Shown here: piece after piece, positions 52,987 to 63,101 of the stretch
Layout: each line of letters begins with the position of its first letter
How positions within the stretch are numbered: the stretch's first letter is position 1
DNA from: an uncultured Chloroflexia bacterium
GTDB lineage: Bacteria > Chloroflexota > Limnocylindria > Limnocylindrales > CSP1-4
NCBI GenBank assembly: GCA_963746845.1
Contig: CAVVCZ010000006.1
Coordinates: 1 to 64,000 of the forward strand
DNA: 64,000 nucleotides
Direction: 5' to 3'
Notes under the pieces: generated by a model
Database searches by the model: none
Told to the model about the DNA's origin: nothing
What the model saw: only the letters and a program-made list of their open reading frames with translations
Position numbers and translations under genes: made by a program

Positions 52987-53925
52987 TCAGCCCGCAGCCG
53001 CAGCGATGGCCTGGGCGATCAGCGGGATCTTCAGGTAGCCCGTCAGTTCGTGGTTGTTCCGGGCCTGGTTGTTGACCGACTCGTCATGCGCGAAGTTCGG
53101 CGGCGGCGTGAACTCGTCACGCAGCGTGTGCTCGAGCGCGACCGGGTCGAACGGATCCGAGTAGTTCGACCAGGCGCCGATCTGCGGGGGAACCGGGTTG
53201 GGTCGACCGGCGCTGTCGCGGATCAGCTTCTGGACGTTGCCGATCCCCAGGGGGCAGCCGACCGTGAACAGGATGTCGACCTTGAGGCCAGCGAGGTCCG
53301 GCTGGTTGAGGACGTCGTAGGTGATGATCGTGCCGAGGCTGTGGGCGACGACGACCTTCGGCGCCGGGCTCGCGAGGAGCGCCTTGCGCACCGGCTCGCG
53401 CATCGCCTGCTTGAACGGCCCGTACAGGTAGTCGAGCACGTCGCTGGCGAACTTCCCGACGACGAACCGGAAGATCGGGTCGGGGAACGTGACGTTCAAC
53501 GCGGTGCCGCGACGGGGCGGCCGCGGCGAGCGATCCGCGATCCGGTCGGCCTCCCGGAAGAGCTCCTCGACCAGCGCGGTCGCGCTGTCCCGGTCCTTGG
53601 CGGAGATCGTGGTCGCGGCCGCCCCTCGACCGCCTCCGGCGGATGGCGCCAGCGTCGCGGCGACGATCCGGGAGGCCGCGACATCGGCACTGAGGTCGGG
53701 CGCCATGGCCGCACGGATGGCCCGCGTGCGTCGCTGCTTGTTCGCGCCAGCTGCCGCGGCCGCCCCACCGCCCGACGCGGCCGGCCACCGGACGTTCGCG
53801 TAGTAGCCGACACGCGTGGATGGCATGTCCCGGCCGAAGATCAGCGTGTCGGCGTCGCGCTTGAACTCCTTGACCGGCGCCTGTGGCCCGGCGCCGTGGA
53901 CGTAGACGAGCGGCAAAGGCGGCAC
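52987..53925 (-). CDS. alpha/beta-hydrolase-fold protein
   Basis: VYVHG, AHSLGT, TVGCPLG, WSNYSDPFDPVA, NNH; GGAGG RBS before GTG. Confidence 0.8.
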   Translation of the reverse strand: MPPLPLVYVHGAGPQAPVKEFKRDADTLIFGRDMPSTRVGYYANVRWPAASGGGAAAAAGANKQRRTRAIRAAMAPDLSADVAASRIVAATLAPSAGGGRGAAATTISAKDRDSATALVEELFREADRIADRSPRPPRRGTALNVTFPDPIFRFVVGKFASDVLDYLYGPFKQAMREPVRKALLASPAPKVVVAHSLGTIITYDVLNQPDLAGLKVDILFTVGCPLGIGNVQKLIRDSAGRPNPVPPQIGAWSNYSDPFDPVALEHTLRDEFTPPPNFAHDESVNNQARNNHELTGYLKIPLIAQAIAAAAG

Positions 53926-54028
53926 CGGGGAACCTCCGAGCTTCGTTGGATGCGTCGGGCACTCGCCCCTCGATCGCACGCCGACGCTATCGGACCACCG
54001 TCGCGCCGGCGTCGTGCGCCGCGCTCGA

Positions 54029-57000
54029 CTACGCCAGGAGCGCGTCCGCCTCCGCGAGATCGGGCGTCGAAGCGCCCTCGGTGATGCCGGCGCGGACCGC
54101 CCGGAGGGCGTCCAGCCGGCCCCGACGGTCCGGCTCCGGTGCGACCTGGCAGCGTCGGACGGCAGCCCGAAGCTGCGGCATCCGCGCCCCGAAGCGCTCC
54201 GCCATCGCGAACGCATGCTCGTACGACGCCATCGCGGCCGCGACATCGGGGTCCGGCCCCACGAGCAACAGGTCGCCGCGGACGACGTGGAAGAGCGGCG
54301 CGATCGGGTTGGTCGGTCCGCCCAGGTCGATCGCCTCGCCGATCAGCGGCAACCCCTGGCCGGGCAGGCCCGCCTCGACGTGCGCCCCTCCCTGGATGAA
54401 CCGAAGAAACGGCCAGAAGATCGGCGGCGTTCGGAGATCCTGATACTGGTCGAGGCCGTCCGCGATCTGGTGGAGACCCTCCGTCGGCCGGCCGAGCGCG
54501 CTCGTTGCCGCGCCGAGCAGGCACGTCCCGAGCGCACGCCAGATCGGCAGGTCACTCGCCTCGGCGACTCGCAGCGCCGCGGTTGCGCGCGCCGCGACGA
54601 GGTCCGGCTCGCGGCGCCACAGATGCAGGAACCCGGAGTGGAACAGCCCGTACGCCAGCGAGTACGGGTGGTCGAGCTCGGTCGCGACCACGATCGAGCG
54701 GTCGGCCCGTTCGACGGCCCGATCGGGGTGGCCCAGGAGCCAGAGGAAGAACCCCGACGTCGTCAGGCACGACACCCGCACGTCCAGCCCGAGCCGGTAC
54801 CGCCGGGGCCGGTAGGCGGGGCTCTCGAACCCCCCGATCGCCTGGTCGAGGTACCGCAGACCTCCCTCGAGATCGCCGGCGAACCCGGTGTCGGCGCCGA
54901 GGATGAAGTTGCCGTCGACCCGCATGCTCGGGTCGTTCTCGGCATCGGCCAGCTGCAGGATCTGATTCGCGTACCCGATGCCCTTGTCGACCTCCCCGCG
55001 GAACCCATGGAAGCTCGCGAGGCTGCGCAGGACCGGGAAGAGCAGCGGGACGTCGGGGTGGTCCTGGAGCAGTGCCAGCGCCTCGACGTAGGCGTCCTCG
55101 GCCTCGCCGGTGTAGCCGCGCAGCAGCGTGAGCGCCCGGGCGAGGCTCGTCCGGAGCGTCAGCTCCTCCTGCCAGTGATCGGACCGGTCGGGCATCGCCG
55201 TCAGGACGCCGAGCATGTCGCGGATCGCTTCGACGGTCGCGTGGTACCAGCCTCGTCCGTCGTAGAAGGGCCACATCGCGCCCTTGAGCTCTTTCAGTCC
55301 ATCGAGATCGCGCTCCGCCACCCGGTGGCCCCACGCGATCCGGAGGTTGTCGATCTCGAGCGCCACGGCATCGCTGGAACCGGCACGCTCGGCGTCGCCG
55401 GTCGTTCGGGCGATGTCTGTCGCGTACTGCACGAAGAAGCGTGCGTGGTGGTCTCGCGCCGAGGTGGCGAACGCGGGGCGCGCATCGAGCCGCTCCGCCG
55501 CGTACTCGCGGATCGTCTCGAGCATGACGATCCGCGGCTCGCCGTCGGTGGCGGTCGTGTCGGCCTGCCGGACAAGGCTCTTGTCCAGCAGGGAGCCGAG
55601 ACCTTCGAGCGCGTTGAGCTCGACACCGGCGTCCTCGTCGAGCCCGGCCGCCACCGCCTCCACCGCTTCGACCGACGCGCCGGCAAAGACCGACAGCAGC
55701 TCGAGCAGCCGTTGCTCGGCCGGCTCCAGGAGCAGGTAGCTCCACTCGATCGTCGCCCGGAGCGTCTGCTGCCGTTCCGGGAGGTCGCGCGCTCCGCCGG
55801 CCAGCATCTTCAGCCGGCTTCCGAGCCGGTCGCGGAGCGCCTCGGGCGAGAAGAGGTTCAGCCGGGCGGTGGCGAGCTCGATCGCGAGCGGCAGCCCGTC
55901 GAGCCGGCGGCAGATCTCGAGGACGGCGGCCGCGTTGTCGTCGGTGAGATGGAAGTCGGACCGGACGGCCCGTGCCCGCTCGACGAAGAGCTGGATCGCC
56001 TCGAACTGCGTGAGCTCCGCCGCCGTCGTCGCGTGGCCCGCCGCGGCCGGGAGCGACAGCGGCGGCACGGACACGACGTTCTCCCCCCGCACCCGGAGGG
56101 CCTGGCGGCTCGTGACGAGCAGCTTCAGGCCGGGACAGTCGGCGAGGAGGTCGATGAGGACGGGCGCCGCGACGGCGACCTGCTCGAAGTTGTCCAGGAC
56201 GAGCAGCACACGCTGGGAGCGCAGCTGGCGGCGGAGCTCGTCGAGCGGCGCGCGATTGGTCGTGTCGGCGAGACCAACGGCGACCGCGACGAGGGCGACG
56301 ACGCCGTCCGCGTCGCTCGCGGTGACGAGGTTCACGAAGAAGACGCCGTCGGTGAACCGGTCGATCTGGTCGGCGGCTGCCCGGAGGGCGAGGCGGGTCT
56401 TGCCCGTCCCGCCGGGTCCCGTCAGGGTGACGAGCCGGACGCCGGCGTCATCGAGGCGCTCGCGGATGACGCGCAGCTCGGCGTCGCGACCGATGAACGC
56501 CGACGACTCCGTCGGCAGGTTGTTCGGCCGGCGATCGAGCGTGGCGAGCGGCGGGAACTCGGCGGGCAGGTCCGGATGGGTCAGCTGGAAGAGGCGCTCG
56601 GGCCGGCCGAGATCCTTCAACCGATGCTCGCCGAGATCTCGAAGCGCGACGCTTCCCGGAAGGTCACCGTCGAGGAGCGCGGCGGCCGAGCCCGACAGCA
56701 GGACCTGGCCGCCGTGACCGACCGCCATGATCCGCGCGGTCCGGTTGACGGCCGGACCGAAGAAGTCCCCGCCTCGCGACTCCGCCTCGCCGGTGTGGAT
56801 CCCCATCCGGACGCGGATCGGGCAGGAGCTCGGCCACGTCTCCGCGAACAACGCCCCCTGGGCGGCGATCGCCGCCGTCACGGCACCGATCGGGGCGTCG
56901 AACACGGCCATCAGGCCGTCGCCGGTCGTCTTGACGACGTCGCCGTTCGAGCCCTCGATCGCTGACCGGATCAGGACCTCGTGCCGGGCCAGTGCGGCCT

Positions 57001-57145
57001 GCATCTCGCGCGGGTTCTGCTCCCAGAGACGCGTGCTGCCCTCGACGTCGGTGAAGAGGAAGGTCCGCGGCGCATCGCGGAGCGACGCGGACGACGGCTC
57101 CTCGACGACCTGACCCGAGGTCGATCCGCTCGGTGGTGAGACCAA
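54029..57145 (-). CDS. class III adenylate/guanylate cyclase - STAND ATPase - TPR protein (start approximate)
   Basis: FLFTDVEGST, KTTGDG, RMGIHTG, VNRTARI; GPGGTGKT, LLVLDNFE, LDGLPLAIELA. Confidence 0.92.
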   Translation of the reverse strand: MVSPPSGSTSGQVVEEPSSASLRDAPRTFLFTDVEGSTRLWEQNPREMQAALARHEVLIRSAIEGSNGDVVKTTGDGLMAVFDAPIGAVTAAIAAQGALFAETWPSSCPIRVRMGIHTGEAESRGGDFFGPAVNRTARIMAVGHGGQVLLSGSAAALLDGDLPGSVALRDLGEHRLKDLGRPERLFQLTHPDLPAEFPPLATLDRRPNNLPTESSAFIGRDAELRVIRERLDDAGVRLVTLTGPGGTGKTRLALRAAADQIDRFTDGVFFVNLVTASDADGVVALVAVAVGLADTTNRAPLDELRRQLRSQRVLLVLDNFEQVAVAAPVLIDLLADCPGLKLLVTSRQALRVRGENVVSVPPLSLPAAAGHATTAAELTQFEAIQLFVERARAVRSDFHLTDDNAAAVLEICRRLDGLPLAIELATARLNLFSPEALRDRLGSRLKMLAGGARDLPERQQTLRATIEWSYLLLEPAEQRLLELLSVFAGASVEAVEAVAAGLDEDAGVELNALEGLGSLLDKSLVRQADTTATDGEPRIVMLETIREYAAERLDARPAFATSARDHHARFFVQYATDIARTTGDAERAGSSDAVALEIDNLRIAWGHRVAERDLDGLKELKGAMWPFYDGRGWYHATVEAIRDMLGVLTAMPDRSDHWQEELTLRTSLARALTLLRGYTGEAEDAYVEALALLQDHPDVPLLFPVLRSLASFHGFRGEVDKGIGYANQILQLADAENDPSMRVDGNFILGADTGFAGDLEGGLRYLDQAIGGFESPAYRPRRYRLGLDVRVSCLTTSGFFLWLLGHPDRAVERADRSIVVATELDHPYSLAYGLFHSGFLHLWRREPDLVAARATAALRVAEASDLPIWRALGTCLLGAATSALGRPTEGLHQIADGLDQYQDLRTPPIFWPFLRFIQGGAHVEAGLPGQGLPLIGEAIDLGGPTNPIAPLFHVVRGDLLLVGPDPDVAAAMASYEHAFAMAERFGARMPQLRAAVRRCQVAPEPDRRGRLDALRAVRAGITEGASTPDLAEADALLA

Positions 57146-57299
57146 CGCCGCTCCAATCTCCAGCCTGACTCGACCAGGTGATCGTGACACGGGCAGCGCC
57201 GACTCGTCCGAAAGCCGCGACGAACGTCCACCGGAACACCTTCGGCAGTGGGCGTGAGGGCTCCGAACATGCAGCCTCGATGCCCGGGTGGGCGAGGCG

Positions 57300-58433
57300 T
57301 CACCCTCCGAAGAACGCGCGGACGCTACTGACGAGTATCCCGACCACACCGGCGACCAGCGGCGCAGCGACCGCAGCCCAGGCGGTCCGCAGCGCGGTTG
57401 TGTGGATCGGCCAGGCCGGATAGGTCAGGGTGATCTCGGCGGCGCGTCGATCCAGCTCGACCAGGAGATCCGTACCTTCCTTCAGCCTTCTCGTGATCAC
57501 AGCGGGCGTCTGGCTCGTGACGATCGTCGCCCGAGCGACGCGATCGTAAACAGCGCCAACTTCACCCAGCACCGTCCCGCGCGCCGTCAGCATCGCCTCA
57601 TGCGGAAAGTGCAGCCAGAACCAGAGGACGAGCGGGGCCACCACGAGGAGAGCGCCGACGCCGAATACGGATTCCATCGAGGCCAGCAGGTTGTTGCCCT
57701 GCTGAAGCGACAACACGTTGATGAATAGCACAGCGGACCCCGCCGCGGCGCCGGCCCAGGCCAGGATCGTGACGCGCCGGCCGATCGGGCCGAATCCTCC
57801 GGCGCCGTCCGGGTGGTACGGGTAGACCCGGATCCGATACCGATCGAACAACTCGGTCGTCACTCGAATTCCCGCGACCATCCGGAAGAACGACAGCGTT
57901 GCGGCGTAGATCACCGGTGCGGCGACGAGGAGATCGAGGATGAGTTGGACGGTCGCTGCCGTACTGCCCGGCGGCAGGTTGCGGAACTTGACGATCGAGT
58001 AGAGGGCGATCAGGTAGATGCCGGGGACGAAAAACCACGCGTACTCGTATCGGTCTTTCGCGTTTGCCTCGAACTGATCGATCGAGACGGTCGTCCCCTC
58101 CTTGGGCCCCAGGATGACGCCGTTTGCCCGGAGCTCCGGGATCAGTGCAACGGATGAACCGGGCGACCAGAAGTACAGGTACATCGCGACCGGGACGGCG
58201 AGGAAAGCCCAGGCGGCCATCTGTTGGGAATCCGGGCTGGACAGAGGCGGGATCGATTGTCCGCTGAGGGTCAGCGCCGGCCGAAGCAGGCCGTTGACGG
58301 CGGTCAGGATTACCACCGACACGATCATGATCAGGGCCCGATCCGACACCTTTGTGCCGCGCGTCATGACCGTCGGACCCATCGCCCGAAGGAGAGGGTC
58401 GCCCGGCATCCGCTCAGTCGTGGCGCTGCTCAT
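57300..58433 (-). CDS. multi-pass membrane hypothetical protein
   Basis: About 7 hydrophobic segments, HPDGAGGFGPIG motif. Confidence 0.7.
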   Translation of the reverse strand: MSSATTERMPGDPLLRAMGPTVMTRGTKVSDRALIMIVSVVILTAVNGLLRPALTLSGQSIPPLSSPDSQQMAAWAFLAVPVAMYLYFWSPGSSVALIPELRANGVILGPKEGTTVSIDQFEANAKDRYEYAWFFVPGIYLIALYSIVKFRNLPPGSTAATVQLILDLLVAAPVIYAATLSFFRMVAGIRVTTELFDRYRIRVYPYHPDGAGGFGPIGRRVTILAWAGAAAGSAVLFINVLSLQQGNNLLASMESVFGVGALLVVAPLVLWFWLHFPHEAMLTARGTVLGEVGAVYDRVARATIVTSQTPAVITRRLKEGTDLLVELDRRAAEITLTYPAWPIHTTALRTAWAAVAAPLVAGVVGILVSSVRAFFGG

Positions 58434-58446
58434 CCGGGTGCTCCGT

Positions 58447-59580
58447 TCAGGGCTCCGGCCAGAGCAGCTGGTATGCCGAGGCCGACGAGACTGCAAGACC
58501 GAGGTCGTGCTCGAGATCGAGCAAGGTCTTCAGCGGCATCGTCGACGCGAGATGACACGACGCCGGGTTGCCTGCCTTCGCGCAGTAGACGACCTCAGGC
58601 TCGATGAATGACGCAGGGCGGGCTCCGCTCAACTGCTCGCTGAGCTCGCAGGGATCGACCGCGGTCGCATTGTCGCTGGCCGTCATCGGATCGCACGTTG
58701 CGCCCGAGCTCCGGAGATGGCCGACCATCGTCGCCGGTCGCCACTCGACGGCCAGACGCCGTTCGTCCGGGAACATCGATCCGAGAACCGGCGTGCGGTT
58801 CTCGACCCGCCAGTAGGTCCAATAGATCGGGCGCACCGTCAGGTCGCCCTCGAGGTCCGGGCGGCAGCCGGCTGCGCTGTCGCCCGCCAACTCCCCAGCC
58901 GTCCAGTTCGTCGGCTCGTCATCGGTCTGGATTACATCACCCTTCGCGACCCACAGGTCGACGGAGAACATGGCCACGTCGGCCTCGGACGGACGTGCGA
59001 ACAAGATGACCCGCTCGTCGGTCTCCTGGCCGGCGTCGAGCCAGCTGCCATCGAGCATCCGACCGGTCGCGAGCATCGTCCAGGAGTCGGCCGCTGCCTC
59101 GAGGTACCGGCCGCCAAACGGCGTCGAGCAGAACCCTTGTTCCTTCGGGAGCGCCGCGTCGAACTCGGCGCCGTTTCGTTGCACGAGCCTCGCGCCCCAC
59201 AGGTTGTACTGGGCGGCGAGCACGGTCACCCGGCGGCTACCGGCGTTCTTGACGTGGACGACGGCCTCGAACTGTCGCAAGTCGCCGAGGCCCTCGGACT
59301 CGGGAACCGGCTTCGGGTCTCCGAGCTGGACTGACACGGACAGGTCCGCGGGCAGCGTCGATGGGACGTACGCAGACTGGTGCCACAGGGCGAAGCCGGA
59401 CAGACTGACACCGATGACCGCGACGACGGCGCTGAGCTGAAACGCGCGCAACCACGGAACACGTGCTCGCCAGCCAGTCGACGGCGGCTGATGGATGACG
59501 ACATGGACTCGTTGATCACCATCACCCGCGGGCCCGGCCACCGCGGGGGGTCCTGACGGCGGCGGCAGTTGATCGGTCAC
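58447..59580 (-). CDS. hypothetical single-TM protein
   Basis: 377-aa ORF, AGGAGG RBS, one N-terminal TM, Cys-containing extracytoplasmic part. Confidence 0.65.
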   Translation of the reverse strand: MTDQLPPPSGPPAVAGPAGDGDQRVHVVIHQPPSTGWRARVPWLRAFQLSAVVAVIGVSLSGFALWHQSAYVPSTLPADLSVSVQLGDPKPVPESEGLGDLRQFEAVVHVKNAGSRRVTVLAAQYNLWGARLVQRNGAEFDAALPKEQGFCSTPFGGRYLEAAADSWTMLATGRMLDGSWLDAGQETDERVILFARPSEADVAMFSVDLWVAKGDVIQTDDEPTNWTAGELAGDSAAGCRPDLEGDLTVRPIYWTYWRVENRTPVLGSMFPDERRLAVEWRPATMVGHLRSSGATCDPMTASDNATAVDPCELSEQLSGARPASFIEPEVVYCAKAGNPASCHLASTMPLKTLLDLEHDLGLAVSSASAYQLLWPEP

Positions 59581-59938
59581 GAGCGATCCCTCCTGCGCGG
59601 GTGGGCCGTTTCGAGAGATTCACCGGAGCAACTCGAGATCCGGGCGCGTGACGGTCTGGGCGCAATCGCGGTATAGCAGCGGCACATCTCCGCTCCGTCT
59701 CGCACCTTGTCGAGACACCCTCCCGACCCCATGTCCGCCCTGAGCCTCATCGGGCTCCTCCATGCGGCTCTCTCACCCGAACATGGGACGAGCGATCCGG
59801 AATGTTACGGGCCAGATGGAACCAATTCGCCTTGGCCTGGACCTCAATACGTCGTTCGTGCAGCAACTGGGCTCTGTCCTGGTCGCCGCATGGCCGGACG
59901 ATCGCCTTCGATATCGACAACCACGCCGCGTCAGACAG

Positions 59939-60475
59939 TCAGCGGCCTCCGGGTCGTTCCGACCACGGCTCCAGGACGACGATCGCGGTCTCGCGGGACC
60001 GGAGCGCCGCGCTCGCATCCGTGAATGCGGAGGACCCCAGGGCGAGGAAGTTCGCCCATAGGCGCGCGCGCTCGTCGCCGATGGCGGCCCGCGCTCGGAC
60101 CTCGCGCCGACCCTCGGGCAGCTCGACGACGGCCTCCGGATGCGCCTGGAGGTTGAGCCACCACGCGGGCTCGGGATCGGCCCAGCCGTTCATCGCCGGG
60201 GTGACGAGGTTCGGGCCATCGGCGATGAAGCCGACGATCGCCACTCGGCTCTTGCCGGTCTTGCGGCCGACGGTCGTGAGCCGGAGCATCCCCCAGCGAT
60301 GGTCGTTGGCGGTCCGCAGCCCGAGGCGGCCGCCCGTGAGCCGGTATGCGGTCCGGTGCACGATCCAGATCGTCCGGACGAGCCACCGCGGGACGTAGGG
60401 CGGCGCCTTCGGGGTCTCGGTCATCTCGCTGGTCTCGGTCATCTCGTTGGTCTCGGTCATCTCGCTCTCCTCCAT
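59939..60475 (-). CDS. deazaflavin (F420)-dependent nitroreductase family protein
   Basis: LTTVGRKTGKSR, PAWWLNLQAHP, RETAIVVLEP. Confidence 0.88.
   Translation of the reverse strand: MEESEMTETNEMTETSEMTETPKAPPYVPRWLVRTIWIVHRTAYRLTGGRLGLRTANDHRWGMLRLTTVGRKTGKSRVAIVGFIADGPNLVTPAMNGWADPEPAWWLNLQAHPEAVVELPEGRREVRARAAIGDERARLWANFLALGSSAFTDASAALRSRETAIVVLEPWSERPGGR
60413..60464. repeat. 3 x 18-bp tandem repeat in the Ddn N-terminus
   Basis: ggtctcggtcatctcg at 60413, 60431 and 60449 (encodes EMTET x3). Confidence 0.9.
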
Positions 60476-60521
60476 GTTTACACCGTCAACTACGGCGTAA
60501 ACATAGCGCTACACCGTAAAC
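60474..60521. promoter_or_regulatory. probable TetR operator array
   Basis: atgtttacaccgt-caact-acggcgtaaacat inverted repeat plus a third ctacaccgtaaac unit. Confidence 0.7.
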
Positions 60522-60529
60522 TCGTCAAG

Positions 60530-61183
60530 GTGATGATCGAAGAAGAGCCCAGCGCTGCACGTCGGCCGCCTGTGAGCCGCGAGCGCGTGCTCGCGGCCGC
60601 AGTCGAGCTCGCCGACGGGGGCGGCCTCGATGCGATGAGCATGCGCAAGATCGGCCAGAGGCTCGACGTCGAGGCGATGGCCCTCTACCGCCATGTCCGC
60701 GACAAGGACGACCTCCTCGACGGCATCGTCGACGTCGTCATCGGTGAGATCGACCGACCGCGGCCGAATGACGATTGGAAGGCCGGCCTCCGGGATCAGG
60801 TCCTTGCCGCGCGACGAGTGATGCTCCGCCACCCGTGGGCACCACGGTTGATCCAGGAGCGCGGTACGAGTGGTCCGGCCTCACTCGACCGGATCGAGGC
60901 GGCGATCGGCACGCTCCTGGCCGGAGGGTTCTCCATCGATCTCGTCCATCACGCCCTCCACGTCCTGAGCAGTCGGATCTACGGGTTCAACCAGGATTTG
61001 TTCGACGACTCGCCGCGGGGCCGCGAACCCGGGCCGGTCCCGCCGGCCGACCGGTACCCGAGCATCGGTCGGATGGCGCAGGCCGCCAGCCACGAGGGCG
61101 GGCTCGGCTACTGCGACGACGACGTGGAATTCGCCTTCGGCCTCGACCTGATCCTTGACGGCCTCGAGCGCCTGCGGGCCTGA
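60530..61183 (+). CDS. TetR/AcrR regulator with TetR_C domain
   Basis: VSRERVLAAA, SMRKIG, AMALYRHV, FAFGLDLILDGL. Confidence 0.92.
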   Translation: MMIEEEPSAARRPPVSRERVLAAAVELADGGGLDAMSMRKIGQRLDVEAMALYRHVRDKDDLLDGIVDVVIGEIDRPRPNDDWKAGLRDQVLAARRVMLRHPWAPRLIQERGTSGPASLDRIEAAIGTLLAGGFSIDLVHHALHVLSSRIYGFNQDLFDDSPRGREPGPVPPADRYPSIGRMAQAASHEGGLGYCDDDVEFAFGLDLILDGLERLRA

Positions 61184-61251
61184 TCCGGCCGTATGCGCCA
61201 GCGCTGCGACACGCATGTCACCTTTCGCGTGAGATGTGGCCCTTTGGGTCG

Positions 61252-61737
61252 ATGGACGTTGCCACCGAGCTCGCCGAACCGCGCCTGACCGTCGAGGCCG
61301 TGTATCGCGCCGACGCGGAGCGGCTGTGGCATGCCGTCCTCGCCTGGGCCGGCGACCCGGAGATCGCCAGCGATGCCGTGGCTGAGGCATACGCCCAGGT
61401 GATCCGTCGCGGCGATTCCGTTCGGGATCCGGCCGCCTGGACGTGGCGTGCCGCCTTCCGGATCGCCGCCGGTGCCATGAAGTCGCGGCCGTCCACCATC
61501 GACACGGATCGAGCGGACCTCGGCGTCCACGTCGACCGATATGCCGATCCGGACCTCCTCGCCGCGCTCCAACGGCTCCCGGACGGCCAGCGGGCCGCCG
61601 TCGTCCTGTTCTATCTCGCCGACCTGCCGATCGGGCAGATCGCCAACCGGCTCGGCTCGAACAGCATCGCCGTCCGGGCCAACCTCAGCCGGGGCCGGCG
61701 CCGCCTCCGTGAGCTTCTGGGTGACCGAGATGGATGA
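61252..61737 (+). CDS. ECF RNA polymerase sigma factor
   Basis: ASDAVAEAY, PAAWTWRAAF, LPDGQRAAVVLFY, VRANLSRGRRRL. Confidence 0.9.
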   Translation: MDVATELAEPRLTVEAVYRADAERLWHAVLAWAGDPEIASDAVAEAYAQVIRRGDSVRDPAAWTWRAAFRIAAGAMKSRPSTIDTDRADLGVHVDRYADPDLLAALQRLPDGQRAAVVLFYLADLPIGQIANRLGSNSIAVRANLSRGRRRLRELLGDRDG

Positions 61738-63031
61738 CCTTCGCGACCGCCTTGCCCCCCTCAAGCGGGTCCCGATGCCGGACCTGTGGCCGACGATCGA
61801 GGCGCGCGCGGGAGCGTCGGCCGACCTGCCGCCGGCGGAGCGGGTCCGAGCGACTCGACCGACCGCCGCCGCGGTCGGCAGGGGCCTGTTCGATCGTCCC
61901 GCCTTCGCGTGGCTCGTCGTGCTCGTGCTGCTGCTCGCGCTCGTCGTCGGCGTGCTCGCGGTCGGCGCCCCGCGTCCCGGACCGCTGCCGGCGGTCGTCC
62001 CGCCGATCGCGATCGCAGGCTCGGCCGAGCCGTCGACGACTACGCCGGTCGAGCCGACGACGGCGCCTTCCGACTCGGCCCGCCCGACACCCTCCGACCC
62101 GGTCCCCGCCGACCCCGCAGGATGCCCGGCCATGCCGGCGGCGCCCGGGCAGGCGACCCTCACGGCGATCACGATGTTCGACTACGCCGTGGATCTCACC
62201 GCCGCCGGCTGCTCGCTGTGGGCGCAGAGCGAGTCGAACAACGGTGGCATCGTGCGCATCGATCCGACGACCGGCCGGATCCTCACCCAGATCGTCCCCG
62301 ATGAGGTCGTCGACTCGATCGTCGCCAGCGACGGTGCGATCTGGGCTGTCGCCCATCCGTCGAACCTCACCGGGCAGATCCAGCCACGTCTGGTCCGGAT
62401 CGATCCGGTCACGAACGAACTGTCGACCATGCGCGACCTGCCGACAGAAGGCGACCTTGCCATCCTCGGCGACGTCGTGTGGGTTCGCGACACCCTGGGG
62501 GGCAAGCGCTGGATGGCCCCGCTCGACGGCCATCGCCCGACCCTCCGGGTGGGGACCTCCGGTCCGTTCCTCGGTGTCGCCTTCGACACCGTGTGGGTCC
62601 AGCCAGGCCAGACGGGCCGCCTGGAGCGGTTCGACGCGGTCGGGGGGACGATGGCCTCCATCGACGTCGGCGACGCCTCGTCGTGCGCGATCGCGGAGAC
62701 CGGCGTCGCCTGCGCATCCGGCTCCGGGCGCGTGCTGTTCGTCTCCCCGGAGACGAACACCGTCGTCTGGTCCGTGCAACTGCCCCACTGGACGGGCGAC
62801 GTCACGTCGGTCGCCGCCCTCGGCGGCTCGATCTGGGTCTTGCCGGCCGAGATCGGGCCGGGCCGGCTCGACGCTCCGGGGCTCGTCGAGCTCGACGCCG
62901 CGACCGGTGCGGTGCTCCGAGACATCGCGCTGCCGGTCCGCCAGCCGCTCGACCTCTGGGGCGAGCTCGGCAGCCTGTGGCTCGCCTCCGCGGAACAGCC
63001 GCTGGCCCGGGTGGACCTGCCTCCGCGATAA
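61730..63031 (+). CDS. putative anti-sigma membrane protein with extracytoplasmic beta-propeller
   Basis: Overlaps the sigma stop; PDLWPTIEAR, one TM, Pro/Thr linker, repeated VRIDPxT / IWV blades. Confidence 0.75.
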   Translation: MDDLRDRLAPLKRVPMPDLWPTIEARAGASADLPPAERVRATRPTAAAVGRGLFDRPAFAWLVVLVLLLALVVGVLAVGAPRPGPLPAVVPPIAIAGSAEPSTTTPVEPTTAPSDSARPTPSDPVPADPAGCPAMPAAPGQATLTAITMFDYAVDLTAAGCSLWAQSESNNGGIVRIDPTTGRILTQIVPDEVVDSIVASDGAIWAVAHPSNLTGQIQPRLVRIDPVTNELSTMRDLPTEGDLAILGDVVWVRDTLGGKRWMAPLDGHRPTLRVGTSGPFLGVAFDTVWVQPGQTGRLERFDAVGGTMASIDVGDASSCAIAETGVACASGSGRVLFVSPETNTVVWSVQLPHWTGDVTSVAALGGSIWVLPAEIGPGRLDAPGLVELDAATGAVLRDIALPVRQPLDLWGELGSLWLASAEQPLARVDLPPR

Positions 63032-63101
63032 GCGCTGATGCGGCGCAAGAGGGCCTCCGGCGACCGCCCGCGACGGGCGCGCGCCCGGCGACAATGTCGG
63101 C

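Noticed and set aside
54014-56965. 983-aa plus-strand ORF and other long overlapping ORFs
   Set aside because: Antisense shadows of recognisable genes in high-GC DNA, with no motifs
60413-60464. CRISPR-like repeat
   Set aside because: Contiguous in-frame 18-bp coding repeat with no spacers
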